Shown here: one piece after another, positions 39,442 through 53,595 of the stretch
Layout of the letters: each line of letters starts with the position of its first letter
Position numbering within the stretch: position 1 is the stretch's first letter
DNA from: Eledone cirrhosa
Taxonomy: Eukaryota
Direction of reading: 5' to 3'
Assembly (NCBI GenBank): GCA_964016885.1
Contig: OZ024748.1
Location: 51,646,001-51,710,000 of the forward strand
Length of the DNA: 64,000 nucleotides
Notes under the pieces: model-generated
What the model was told of the DNA's origin: nothing
What the model saw: the letters and a program-made list of their open reading frames with translations, nothing else
The model's database searches: none
Program-made: the position numbers and the translations under genes

Positions 39442-39754
39442 GGGGAGGGAAAATGGTTTGTGTGCTGAGAAAAAGGGGAATAAAGAGAGAGGATTGTGTT
39501 GGTAGATTAGAGAGAAGGGTTAGAATTTATCTTGGTTGATCAAATATATATATATATAGAGAGAGAAGGTTGTGTTGGTAGATTAAATAGAGAGAAGGAT
39601 TGTTTTGGTAGATCAAATATATATATATATATATAGAGAGAGAAGGTTGTGTTGGTAGATTAAATAGAGAGAAGGATTGTCTTGGTAGATCAAATATATA
39701 TATATACAGAGAAAGAGGGGGGGTTGTGTTGGTAGATTAAATGTATATATAGAG

Positions 39755-40042
39755 CAGTGAGGGGCAACCTGCAGTCTGCAAAGCTTTCTGAATGTCTCGT
39801 CTAAGTCACCTAAGTGAAATCTTTCTGATTTTTTTACCCCAACTTTTCAGTCGTAATTTATCTTTTTATCATTTTTACGATCGAGGAAAACGTGTAGGAA
39901 TTCTGAAGAAACAAATCAAAATAAACTGAGTCACCACCCATTTTTTTTAATGTGGGCACGAATGTAAATTAGTGCTTGCGGCCCGCCTGATGATGAGCCA
40001 TATCTCATGTGGCCCACATGAAAAAAAGGTTGCCCCTGCCTA
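39755..40042. mobile_element. hAT-type MITE inserted in a TTGTGTTGGTAGAT minisatellite
   Basis: TIR CAGTGAGGGGCAACCT / AGGTTGCCCCTGCCTA; 8-bp TSD ATATAGAG / ATATGGAG. Confidence 0.7.
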
Positions 40043-40719
40043 ATATGGAGGGACAATGGGATTGTGTTGGTAGATTAAATATGTATATATATATATATAT
40101 ATATATAAAGAGAGAGAGAGAGTGTTGGTAGATTATATAAAGAGAGAGAGAGTGAAAGAGAGAGATGTAGTAACAAGGGTGAGAAATGTAAAGAGGTGGG
40201 GTGGGGAGGTTGTGAAGAAAGAAAAAGACAGCAAATATGTAATATATAAGAATGAGTTAATGAGGGAGAGAGAGAGATGGAGAGAGTGATAGAGAGAGAG
40301 ATAGTGAGAAAGTGGGAGAAATAGAGAGAAAGAGAGAGATAGAAAGTAGACAGGTGACAGAGAGAGAGAGAGAGACAATGAGAACATGAGAAGAGAGAGA
40401 TAAAGAGAGAGGTAGAGAAAGAGAGAGAGGTGTCAAATATTGATTGTGAAAGAAAATAAAGATGACTAATAGAAGAAGAATAAGGAATGAAATTATAGAT
40501 ATATGAAGGAAAGGAAGGAAGAAGAAAAGAAGAAATCATAGCTATGAATGAAAGGCAGTAAAAAAGAATGAAGTATAAGTACAAACATGGCTGTAAGGCA
40601 TAAGCCCCAGGGGTCAGGGTCAGTGGGAATTCAGAACACTCTGAGTGAGGACTCTTTCACAAAGAATGTATTTCAGGATGTTTTTAAATAAAATCTATTT
40701 TTTAAATCTAAGGATGCAC

Positions 40720-41070
40720 TAAGGCACAATTGGTAGAGTCGTTAGAATGTCAGATAGAATACTTTATGGCATTTGTTCCCGATCTCTGCTCTCTGAGTTC
40801 AAATCCCACCGAGATCAACTTTGCTTTTCATTGTTTCGAGGTTGATAAGAAAGAACCAGTCTAGTACTGGGGTTGATTCTTCCTCTACATCTCTTTCACA
40901 TTTCCTCTCTCTCAATTTTTATCATTCTTAGGAAGAAATCTGCTGTACTCATGTCTGGAACGGGATGGGCTCTGCCAGGTCAGGCCTGGGGAGGGATGGG
41001 CTCTGCAAAGGCTTAAAAATGCCCAAGACACACCCTATGTCAATACGGCGCCCCTACAACTATCAGGATT
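40720..41070 (+). mobile_element. Old SINE A-like subfamily
   Basis: B box and core, with a tail shared with 7790-7860. Confidence 0.65.
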
Positions 41071-41304
41071 TATGGAACCATACCATACCAAGGATGCAAC
41101 ATTGTAAAGTAATAGGTTGGTGGCAGTGCCATCCATTGCCCCTCTCCACAACATGTATGATAAATTGCACATTATATAGCCATAATCATCATCATCATCA
41201 TTTTACAGCAACTTTCCATGTTAGCATGGGTTGTAGAGCGGTGCATCTCTGTCTACTTATTTTCCCTGTCCACGATTTTCTCAAATATTAGAGATCATTT
41301 AGAT

Positions 41305-41897
41305 CAGGCATGTCAAACTTAGGGTCCCCCGAGGGCCACATGGGTTAAATATATGTTGTCTGAGGGCCACATGGGTCACATATGTGTTGTCCGAGGGCCA
41401 CATGGGTCACATATGTGTTGTCTGAGGGCCACATGGGCCACATATGTGTTGTCTGATGGCCACATGGGTCACATATGTGTTGTCTGAGGGCCACATGGAT
41501 CACATATGTGTTGCCTGATGGCCACATGGATCAAATATATGTTGTCTGAGGGCCACATGGGTCACATATGTGTTGTCTGAGGGCCACATGGGTCACATAT
41601 GTGTTGTCCGAGGGCCACATGGGTCACATATGTGTTGTCTGAGGGCCACATGGGTCACATATGTGTTGTCTGAGGGCCACATGGGTCAAATATGTGTTGT
41701 CTGAGGGCCACATGGGTCACATATGTGTTGTCTGAGGGCCACATGGGTCAAATATGTGTTGTCTGAAGGGCCACACATGACAACTAATTTTACCAAGATA
41801 AAACATGCTCGCACTGTAAAAAACCTTTGTGCAGGCCACGGGTGTGTGCTTGTAAAGGGCCGCATGTGGTCCGTGGGTCGCATGTTTGGCATGCCTG
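41305..41897. mobile_element. hAT (Charlie-like) MITE with internal 31-bp array
   Basis: TIR CAGGCATGTCAAAC / GTTTGGCATGCCTG; perfect 8-bp TSD ATTTAGAT; about 14 copies of GAGGGCCACATGGGTCACATATGTGTTGTCT. Confidence 0.9.
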
Positions 41898-41911
41898 ATT
41901 TAGATGGTTGT

Positions 41912-42251
41912 GAAGGCGCATGGCTTAGTGGTTAGAGCATTGGCCTTGCAATCGAAAGGTTGTGAGTTCAATTCTCAGACCGGGTGATGTGTTGTTTCCT
42001 TGAGCAAGACACTTTATTTCACATTGCTCCAGTTTACTCAGCTGTAGAAATGAGATGATAGGGACTGGGGTCCCTATCATCCTACTGCAAAGTGGCCGTT
42101 GAGGTGCCACGGCAAAAAGAAAAGCAGCCAGCACTCACTGTAAATGAGGTTGGTGTTAGGAAGGGCATCCAGCTGTAGAAATCAAGCCAGAATCAGTTTC
42201 CATCCCACCCTTGCAAGCAGGGAAAAGCGGACATAAAATGATGATGATGAT
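41912..42251 (+). mobile_element. SINE B, full length
   Basis: A/B boxes, core, RTE-type tail. Confidence 0.9.
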
Positions 42252-42387
42252 TATCAGTCCTGGGAAACAAAATTGAAACAGCCCTCAGCTGGGTTTGAAC
42301 TTAGAGCAGAGAGAACTGGAATGAATACCAAAAGGCATTATATCTAACTTTCTAATCAATGTGCCAGCTCGCCTCACATGTGTATGA

Positions 42388-42427
<40 letters not shown>

Positions 42428-42472
42428 AGAGAGAGTGGGGGGGGGGGGGGAGATATATGAATAGATATATAT

Positions 42473-42506
<34 letters not shown>

Positions 42507-42620
42507 AGATATAGATATATTAGCAAAAGGCATATATACAAAAATATAGACACTTATAAATTTACAAAATAATTATTACCTATCTGTAGAGAGTCATATA
42601 TTACACACACACACTCATAT

Positions 42621-42655
<35 letters not shown>

Positions 42656-42725
42656 CACAAACACACACACACTCGTATATATATAAATATATATATATAT
42701 ATATACACACACAAACACACACACA

Positions 42726-42780
<55 letters not shown>

Positions 42781-42788
42781 TAATATAT

Positions 42789-42821
<33 letters not shown>

Positions 42822-42824
42822 TAC

Positions 42825-42865
<41 letters not shown>

Positions 42866-42983
42866 AACACACACACACCCAAACACACACACATTCACAA
42901 GCACACCATTTAATAGTAAAAACAATGGTTGCGATGTTTCAATAATAGTTATTAGAAAATGGTTAAGATGTTTCTATAACAGA

Positions 42984-43016
<33 letters not shown>

Positions 43017-43659
43017 GTATTTACACACATATACACACCACACACACACATACACACTTGCACACACACACAAGCAAGCGTATGGATACACAAACAAAGA
43101 AGAAAACAAGAAAAATGACAAAAGAATTTTTCAACTGCAGAGAACAAGTAAACTTAAGTTATTAGTCTCAAAAATCTCGTTTATAAAAAGAACGGGTTTT
43201 AGAGGAACTGCAATTTAATGAAACTGTTGTATGGCTTCCTTTGAGAAGGATAATCAAAGAACACAGGAACTAAATATCATTCAATGGAATCTCTTGTGTT
43301 CTTTCTTACTTTACCATACTTCTTTTCCAATGCTTCACATTCTAATATCTTCAGATACATATTTTGGCTTGACAATAATCATATCAGATCTTCAAAAGCG
43401 AAAATGAATAGAGTCAATCACAACACTAAAGAGAAGGAAATCTCACAATTTTAAGATGAGACACCATCATCATCATCATCACCATTAACATCTTCATCAT
43501 TGTAGCCTTCGCCGCCGCCGTCATCTCTGTCATCACCGTCGTCATCGGTATCATTATTAAGATTATATCGTCATCATTGTCGTCATAGTCACCATCATCA
43601 TTTTTATTATCTTTATTTTGCCATTGTCTTCCAGCTTCTAAATACCATGATTAACGCTA

Positions 43660-44500
43660 CAACTAATAATAATAATACTGATGAAGATAATGATAATAAC
43701 AACAATAATAATAACAACCATAATAATAAAAATAATAATAATAATAACCATAATAATAAAAATAATAATAATAATAACAACAACAACAATACTGATGATA
43801 ACAATGACAATAAAAACAATGACAATAATAAAAATAACAATGATGATAATGATGAAGATAATATTAATAATAGCTAATGATGGTAGTAATAGTGATAATG
43901 ATGATGATAATAGTTAAAGAAATAATAATTATTGTTATTGTCATCATCATATTAATTTTGTTGTTGTTGTTGTTGTTGTTGTTGTCAATGTAGATTTCAG
44001 TATGTTTGTTTGTTTGTTGTTGTTGTTGTTGTTGTCGTTTTTATTGCTGTGAAGAAAAGAAAAAGAAATCATTATCATTTCTATCATCATCATCATCATC
44101 ACTATCATTATCATTAACACTGTGAACATCATCATCACCATCATTATCACTAATGCTGTGATGATGATGATGATCATCATCATCATCATTACCATCACTA
44201 ATGTTGTGATCAACATCATCATCATCATCAACATTATCACTAATGCTGTGAACATCATCATCATCACCACTATCATCACCATTATCATTATCAGTAATGC
44301 TGCAATCATCATCATCATCATCACCATCATTATCACTAATGCTGTGAACACCATCATCATCATCATCATCATCACTAATGTTGTTATCATCATCATCATC
44401 ATTATCATCATCAACATCATCATCATCATTATCATCATCAACATCATCATTATCATCATCAACATCATCATCATCATCATTGTCATCATTATTATCAGCA
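43660..44500. repeat. (AAT)/(GTT)/(ATC) trinucleotide tracts
   Basis: Direct inspection. Confidence 0.9.
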
Positions 44501-44649
44501 TTACAATCTTTCCTGTTGACTTTGTTAGGTTCCGTTTGTTGTTGTTGTTGATGTTGTTGTTGTTTGTGTTATTTAAGAAAGGTACTTAAATAGTAGAAGC
44601 TGTAGAAAGTGATGGAAGTTGAAGTGAATAGTAAAAGTAGAAAATGGCT

Positions 44650-45060
44650 GAGATTCTAGGGAATGGTGGAGGGTGTAAGAAATGGTAGAGGTTCTTAAGA
44701 ATGGTAGATGTTCTAGGCAATGGAAGAGTCTTTAAGAAATGGTAGAGGTTCTAGGAAATGGTAGAGTCTCCAGGAACTAGTAGAGGTTCTATGGTATTGT
44801 AGAGTCTCCAGAGAATGGTAGAGTCTCTTAAGAATGACAGAGTCTCCAAGGGATAGTAGAGGTTCTAGAGAACAGTAAAGTCTCCAGAGAATGGTAGAGG
44901 TTCCAGAGAATGGTAGATGTTCTAGGGAACGGTAAAATATCCAAGGATTGGTAAAGTCTCCAGGGAATGGTACAGACTCCAGGGAATGGTACAGACTCCA
45001 GGAAACGGTAAAATCTCCTGGGAGTGGTAAAGAATTGTGAGAATGGCAGAACCAATAATA
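44650..45060. repeat. ~21-bp degenerate minisatellite
   Basis: GAATGGTAGAG(GTTCTAGG/TCTCCAGG) units. Confidence 0.8.
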
Positions 45061-46365
45061 GAGAATGATAAAATTTGATAGAAAAATGTAGACAATTGTG
45101 AGATGTTTTACAGGGCTATACCAATACTAAACATTAAATGTTAAAAATAATGATAAAAAAAGATTAATTTAAAACTGCTTTGGGGGATAAAATTTAAAAC
45201 TGTATTGGGGGATAAAATCTCTTCATCAAGTTTAAATATAAAAGAAAATAATAAAAGCACTCCACACAATGTGGAAACTGATCATCATCATCATCAAGGT
45301 TTTAATGCCCATGTTTCAACACTAGCATGGGTTAGTCAAGTTGCCCCATTGAGAGACAAGCCAGATATGATGACCATGTCTTACTCAAACAGAACTGTTT
45401 CTGGCTTGGTTTCTACAGCTCAACACCCTTCCTAATGCCAACGACATTTACAGTGAGGACAGGTTGTCTTTTGTCATGATACCTACATGAATATCTATAG
45501 TAATATGTAACTATAGTGGATATAAAACATTACATGTTCTTAAAACGTCAGTCTTCCAGCTTCTTCATTTCAAATATCAGTTTTATTTCATCACATTTTA
45601 TAAAGTCAGTCATACTCAAAGCCACAGAATAGTTTGGTAATGCAAAAATATGCAGCTATGGTGATATATACAAACGCACATATAACATAAACATATATAA
45701 ATATACACGATATAGACATATTGATAAACCTAAAACACACATAAACGCAGTTGTAGCTGTATGCTTAAGGAATTTGCTTCCTAACCATGTCATTCTGTGT
45801 TGAGTCCCACTGCATGGCATTCTTCTCACATTACTTAGGATTAACTGATGCTTTGTAAAATAAATTTGGTAGAGAGAAACTGTGTGAAAACCTGTCATAT
45901 ATAAATATATATACATATATATTTAGGTTTTGGGGTCCAGTTGTGGCCACCACTGTAGAGTGTATACATACTCACTCTCACACACACATTTTCATTTGCT
46001 CTATGGTATATATATTCTTATATATGTACAACCCTTCTTCAGTCCTCTTTGGATTTTGGTCTTTGTATTTAATATTACTATATATATATATATACACACA
46101 CACACACATATATATATAAATACACATACACACATATATATATATATACACATACACACGTATGTGTGTATGACTTTATGGTAGTTGGTAAAATATCTAT
46201 AGTTACATATTGTTAAATTTCATTTTTTATTACTGATAAGTTTTAACTACGTCTTTAGGCTTCCATAAACTTCAACGTTTCCCCAACAATATTTAAATGC
46301 TATTGTTTACATTTTACAGTCTTTCACTGAAGTTCTTGGACATGTGATGTATGTATTTATTTGTA

Positions 46366-46445
46366 TTTAATCGATTCTGATTAGTTATGTTAACAGGAAT
46401 GGAATATTCTTGTTAGTTCAATGAAACACTCGTAAGTCATTTAAA
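46366..46445 (+). ncRNA. Type-I HHR with one core substitution (G8U)
   Basis: TTTAATCGATT-CTGATTA-long stem II (TTAACAGGAAT/ATTCTTGTTAG)-GAAAC-ACTC-GTA-AGTCATTTAAA; T-rich tail to (TA)n at about 46490. Confidence 0.6.
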
Positions 46446-47200
46446 TGTTTTAATTAAAATCTCTGTTAATCTTTGTTTTCTATTTATATATATAGGGGTT
46501 GAGTGTGTATTTTCACATTTACTATTTGTTTATGTTTTGTAGAGATTCAACACAAGCAGATCAATAAAACAAGAACTGGTGCTGGTATAATTGACTGAAT
46601 TCTTTCAAGATGGCAACCTAGCAAGTTCATAGGGCTTAAGTTTGTTGACCTCCCTGTGGTGGGCTCTGGAAACTGATCACTGACCTTTGATCATGATCAG
46701 GGGAATGATAACAACCTGAGGCAACTCAAATACAAGAAGAAGGAAGGTCATGTATATCCATATTATTGACCTTTAACTCCTAACGAAGTCCATCTCTCTC
46801 CTGGTTGGAACACAGCCAATTTCTCACCAAGAAAGGCAGAGAGAAAGAGAGTTAGACAGAGTGAGAAAGAAAGATAGAGGAAGAATCGATCTCAGTACTG
46901 GACTGGTACTTTATCGATGTGAAAATAAAGGAAGGCAAAATTTGATTTCAGTGGGATTTGAACTCAGACCAAAGAGAGCTAGAAAAAAGAACACAAGGCA
47001 TTTTATCTGGTAGAATATTTACTTCATTTATATGTATATATATGTATATATAATATATTTATGCATATATTTATGCATATGTTTATATATATATAATGAA
47101 ACACATACAAACAAACCCATACACATTCTCTCTCTCTATATATATAGTGAAAGAATGAAGAGTAACATGGTTGGCTGTACAATAAGGGGCTTTATTTCAA

Positions 47201-47311
47201 GTACTGACAATTGTTTCATTGATCAGGTGAGTCTAGAGGTCGCTAATAGCTTGAAGTTGCGTCACTCGATCTCCAATACATTATTTACCTCTGATCAACA
47301 CATCAAAGTAC
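47201..47311 (-). ncRNA. Degenerate type-I HHR (C3U, A9U)
   Basis: Minus: GTACT-TTGATGT-GTTGATCAG...CTGATCAAT-GAAAC-AATT-GTC-AGTAC; stems I, II and III all pair. Confidence 0.65.
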
Positions 47312-47510
47312 GTAGATATCTACATATATGTATACATGTGTAGGTATATATATGGACACACGCACACATACTCACATAGACACTCACGCATACTCACAGA
47401 CACACACACTCATACACACACAAACAAACATTGTTAAATTGTTAAGCAATAATAGACTTTGTAGGTAGATTAAATATATATACATATATATATATATATA
47501 TTTATATATA

Positions 47511-47575
<65 letters not shown>

Positions 47576-47739
47576 AGCTTCCCTTGTATTGTACTTACCA
47601 GTTTTTCTGACGTGTAGTGGTTATTTACAATGTCTGCCAAAGAAAATGTAGGTCTTTGAGGAAAGAAATGTTTGGATGAACTATTTCTGGGATGTTGTTG
47701 TTAATCAATTAACGGGAATAATACAGTCTTAATTATGAT

Positions 47740-47776
<37 letters not shown>

Positions 47777-47875
47777 AAGTTTTTATGTCTTATATGCATG
47801 TTTACATGTCTGTATGTTTGTATATATATATATACTATATATATATATAAATATATATATTTATTTACACACACA

Positions 47876-47910
<35 letters not shown>

Positions 47911-47936
47911 TATATATATTTATTTACACACACACA

Positions 47937-48036
<100 letters not shown>

Positions 48037-48389
48037 TTATTTACACACACACTATATATATATATATAAACACACACTATATACATACATAGATATATAT
48101 AGTAGAGATAAAATGATGCTGATGACGTGACATATATTTATTTATATTTAAAAATTTATCAACATATATGTATACATGTGTAGGTATATATATATGGACA
48201 CACACACACACACACAGACTCACATAGACACTCAGGCATGATCACAGACACACACAGACACACACACACACACCCACACATACATTTATAAATTGTTAAG
48301 CAATAATAGACTTTGTAGGTAGATTAAATTAATGCAGTGACTTAGTGTTGCATACATTAGATATTTTCAAGAACAGAATAGAAACGACA

Positions 48390-49047
48390 CATGATGATGG
48401 TGGTGGGGGTAATGGGGGGGTGATGAGGTGGGGCTGGGGTGATGATGGGGTGGGGTGGTGGGTGATGATGGTGGCAGTGGTGGCGGTGTTGATGGGGGTG
48501 GAGGAGGTGGTGGTGATGGGGGTGGTGATGGTGGTGGTGATGGTGGTGTTGATGGTGGTGTGTTTTTTTGTGATGATGGTGGTGGTGGTGGTGGTGGTGG
48601 TGATGGTGGCAGTGAGGGGGGGGGGGGGGGGGCGATGGTGATGATGGTGGCGGTGATGATGGCAATGGTGATGATGGCAGTGGTGGTGGTGGTGGTGGTG
48701 GTGGTGGTGACGATGGCACTGAGGATATTGGCAGTGATGATGGTGATGGGGGTGATGGCGGTTGTTGTTGTGGTGGTGGTGGTGGTGGTAGTGATGATGA
48801 TGATGATGGTGGTGTTGGCGGCGGTGATGATGTTGGTGGTGAAAGCAATGATGATGATGATGGTGATAATGATGACGAGGATGACAATGATGATGATGAT
48901 GATGATGATGACGACGACGACGATGATGATGACAATATTGATGATGATGATGATGGTGGTTCATGACAAAGACGATGATGATGATGATGATAGTGGTGAA
49001 GATGATGACATTGGTGGTGTTGATGATAATTATAATAATGCCAATGG

Positions 49048-49095
<48 letters not shown>
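48390..49095. repeat. (GGT)/(GAT) low-complexity tract
   Basis: Direct inspection. Confidence 0.9.
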
Positions 49096-49096
<1 letters not shown>

Positions 49097-49340
49097 ATTT
49101 TTTTTCCATCTTGACTCAGCAACAACAATGGTGAATATAATAGAAAACAATGCATTATTTGTTTATCATGATACAGTAAAGTATCATATTCATTGGCATA
49201 TGTGTGTACACAAATATACATTTCATGTTAAGATTATGTCCCTTCGCATACTTTGCTTGAATCTCCCTTTTACAACTTCTATCTCACCCAGCATTCAATC
49301 TTTTTTGTTTGAAAGAAAATAAACCATATTTACCAGATAA

Positions 49341-49372
<32 letters not shown>

Positions 49373-49495
49373 AATAATAAAAGTATATATATATGTATGT
49401 ATATGTATTTGTGTAAGTGTGTGCATGTATGTGTGTGCATGTATAGGTATGTCTGTATTCATACATTTATAATTATATATATAAATTGGACAGAA

Positions 49496-49544
<49 letters not shown>

Positions 49545-51405
49545 GTGTGTGTGTATGTGCATAATATATATATATGTGTGTGTATATATATATATATGTA
49601 AATATATATATATATATATATATACATATATATGTATATGTCTGTGTCTATATGTATATATATGTGTAAATATATATATATACACACACATATATGTATA
49701 TGTCTGTGTGTATATATATATATATATTTATTTATGTGTAAATATATATATATATACATGTATATATATACATGTATATGTGTGTATATGTATTTATGTA
49801 TATATATATATATATATATATATACACTTACATATATGTATATATAATATAAAAAGTATATACGTATATGTGTGTATGTGTGTATAATAATACATTTATA
49901 ATTATATCCACCTTCTCTCACAAATAGACAAAAACACACACACACACACATACACATCAACAGATCTATAGACAGACACATACCGACTCAGTAATACATT
50001 AAGTTTTAGAAAAAGCTTTTAGAAACACACATTTAGATATTTTTTTTGTTGTAGAAAATTTGATTTAAACTATGAGATTAATAGTACAGAAAACTGTCTG
50101 ATAAGTGCATTGGCACGAAACTATATGTCCTTAAATCATTGTCAATACTTGGCTAATAAACACACATATATATATTTAATTACTGGTAATGTGCTCCTTT
50201 TTGAAAAAGAGAACTCTATACTTAAACGGAGTGTATATCCTGGTTTTTAGTATTGCTACATTCTATTCCTGCATGTTATATGAAGTGCAGACATGCCAAC
50301 CTCTAAAATGCAAATGGAAAGTACCATGAAAAAAAGTGCCCCAAAACGGGGAGATTTTACAAAATGAAAGCTATAACCATTTTCACAAGAGAAGACATCT
50401 GTCACCCACCCTAAAGTGGGTGGGAGATCTCTCCTTCGGATGGGGACAGTTGACATGTCTAGAACTGACTAAAAGGGTTGGCATCAGGAAGGGAATCTGG
50501 CTGTAAAATATTGTCCTGAAATATCCCCCCTAACCCATGCCAGCCATGAAAATTAGATGTAAAGAAAAATGAGGGTGTATTTAAGCATAGAAGATATAAT
50601 GTGTCAGGTTTACTGATCTCAGGCTGGATAATCGACTCACCATATACCAGGTTGAGTCAAAGGTTTTTCTTACATTTTCACTGATCATTTTTGGCAACTT
50701 GTATCTTCATGTTATATCATTAATTTGATACAATTTCTGGTCCAATCGTTGCTGAATTGTTTCTTCTTTATTTTCATATATAACATATAAACATCAATTA
50801 ATTAGTTTTGTATATAACATACATGCATTGTTTATTTCTGTATACTGATAAACTTCCATTATAACGAATACCATTATAACAAATTTGTTATCAATCCAAC
50901 CACATGCTCGATGTGTTAGGTCAATCTTGTTATAAAGAATTTTTTGTTATAACAATTTTTTTTTTATTCCCGTGAATTTCATTATATAACATAAAGACTG
51001 TTTATTTTTGGATATAATATATAAACATTAATTGTTTGATAATGAGTGGTGAAAAACTTACAATTAGAGCTATTTTACTCAACTTGTGGAAAAAAAAAGG
51101 TCTGAGAGCAGGGGCAGCAAAAAAAAAACAGAAAAAAGAAATGAATGATGTGAAAGTCCCAGGAACTAGTTAATTAAAGAATTAGAGTGGAATTGTTACA
51201 AATATATAAAAGTTTAGAATTATTGAGACTATCCTAGTAATAAATGGTGCCTCTGGAATGACTATAAAATAGATGAATAAATGCAAACAAATACATTACT
51301 AAAAACACCAGACTCACACATAAAACCAACACAAAAGATAGCTCAACTAGAAACTGCAAGCATGCCCCACTCCGCATGCCCCACTCCGCATTTTCCATCG
51401 ACTTC

Positions 51406-51822
51406 TAATAATTGTTTCTACTTTTGGCACAGTGCATTACTGGTACTTTATTTTATCGACCCCATAAGGATGAAAGGCAAAGTTAACCTTGGCGGGATTT
51501 GAACTCAGAATGGCAAGGGCCATAACTCTATACGTCAAAGCATGGCATTCGACCCTCTACCGATACTGCCAATCCACTAATAATAATAATAATAATAATG
51601 TTTATATTCTGCTTATTACATATTATTATTAACGGTGGATTGGCAGTATTGGTAGAGGGTCGGACGCCATGCTTTGATGCATAGAGTTACGGCCCTTGCA
51701 TTTCTGAGTTCAAATCCTGCTGTGGTTAACTTTGCCTTTCATCCTTACGAGGTCGATAAAATAAAGTACCAGTAATGCACTGGATAATTGCTGGCCTTGT
51801 GCCTAAAGTAGAAACAATTATT
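51406..51822. mobile_element. Head-to-head inverted SINE A pair (51406-51577 minus, 51634-51822 plus)
   Basis: Both match the family; ~56-bp AT-rich spacer. Confidence 0.9.
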
Positions 51823-52321
51823 ATTATTATGCTGCAGATGATGGTGGTGGTGGTGGTGTTGTTAATGATGTTATTGGTGTAGTTTTTCAAAAGATGTAAT
51901 TATAGTATAGGGCATGTTATACGCCATGTATCTGAATTATAGATTAGCAGAGTAAGGAAGGAAGAGATTAAGGGGCTCCTTGATTAAAATGCAAGTCTTT
52001 TAATGATGAATGAATACATCTGCTTTCCTCATTCAAACAGGTGAGTTGTTGAGATGTTGCAGATGGGTGATTGGTTGTTTGGTTGAGGTGATGGAATCAG
52101 AGGTGTGGAGGGGGGTGAAGTGTGTTGTTAGATAATCATGTAATAATAAATAATGAATAATGGTAATAAGAGCTCAGGAATTGTAATCTTGTTGCAAATA
52201 CTGGTCTGGCAAGTTGACATTTGAATATTGTGTAAGGGAGGTTTAATTACATCTTAATTTTAATTGTAACATCACTGTGTGTCTCTCTCTTTCTATATAT
52301 ATGTATGTGTATATATATATA

Positions 52322-52408
52322 TACCACCACCCCACTCTCAAGAGCGTGAAACTAATAAACCTTTGTTCGTACTGCCTCTCTGTTTTGTTCCCGTTCAATT
52401 TTTTACTA
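52322..52408 (+). mobile_element. Copy of the 26503-26590 element
   Basis: High identity; same (TA)n context and same boundaries. Confidence 0.65.
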
Positions 52409-52421
52409 TATATATATATAT

Positions 52422-52664
52422 ATCATCATCATCATCATTTTACGTCCGCTTTTCCCTGCTTGCAAGGGTGGGACGGGCCTTATTCAGCACAGCATCTCTC
52501 CACTCGTCACGGTCCCTCGTCATCTCCACCGTGAGCTTCAATGATCTGAGGTCTGTTCTCACCACCTCCGCCCATGTTTTTCGTGGTCTACCTCTACCAC
52601 GTCTTCTTTCAACTGGCATTTCCTGGCACTTCTTCACCCATCGGTCATCCTCCATGCGCATCAC
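52422..52664 (-). mobile_element. RTE LINE 3' fragment (partner of SINE B)
   Basis: [36 protein letters not shown]; tail identical to the SINE B tail. Confidence 0.9.
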
Positions 52665-52973
52665 AATATATATATATATATTTATGTATATTTATATATA
52701 TTTATGCATATTTATATATTTATGTATATTTATATATATTTATGTATATTTATATATATATATTTATGTATATCTATATCTATAGATATGTATATATTTA
52801 TGTGTATATTTATATATATATACATTTATTTATGTATATGTTTATATATATATATATACATATTTATGTATGTATTTATATATATATACATTTATGTATA
52901 TATTTAACCCTAACCCATGCTAGCGTGGAAGATGGACGTTAAACGAAGATGATGATATATTTAAGTATATATT

Positions 52974-53010
<37 letters not shown>

Positions 53011-53190
53011 TATATATATATATATATATCATCATTATCATCACCATCATCATTTTATGTCCGCTTTATATATAGTCATATATATTTATATATATGTATG
53101 TGTGTATATATATATTGCAAGCAGGGAAAAGCGGACGTAAAATGATGATGATGATGATATATATACACATATATTCATTCATTTTCATTT

Positions 53191-53509
53191 CATTTTACGT
53201 CCGCTTTTCCCTGCTTGCAAGGGTGGGACGGGAACTGATGCTGGCTTGATTTCTACATCTGGATGCCCTTCCTAACACCAACCTCATTTACAGTGAGTGG
53301 TGGGTGCTTTTTTGCCGTGGCACCTCCAAGACCACTTTGCAGTGGAACGATAGGGACCCCAGTCCCTATCATCTCATTCTACAGCTGAGTAAACTTGAGC
53401 AATGTGAAATAAAGTGTCTTGCTCAAGGAAACAACACATCACCCGGTCTGAGAATTGAACTCACAACCTTTCGATTGCAAGGCCAATGCTCTAACCACTA
53501 AGCCATGTG

Positions 53510-53512
<3 letters not shown>
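53191..53512 (-). mobile_element. SINE B, full length
   Basis: Reverse complement of 41912-42251. Confidence 0.9.

Positions 53513-53593
<81 letters not shown>

Positions 53594-53595
<2 letters not shown>

Noticed and set aside
39986-40030. CTGATGA...GAAAA inside the hAT MITE
   Set aside because: No stem III or cleavage triplet; explained by MITE sequence
43300-43395. Possible minus-strand exon MYLKILECEALEKKYG followed by GTAAAG/GTAAGA
   Set aside because: Very short, no recognisable homology, no partner exons
50840-51000. Tigger/pogo-like MITE remnant (TTATAAC repeats in both orientations)
   Set aside because: Termini too decayed to define TIRs or a TSD
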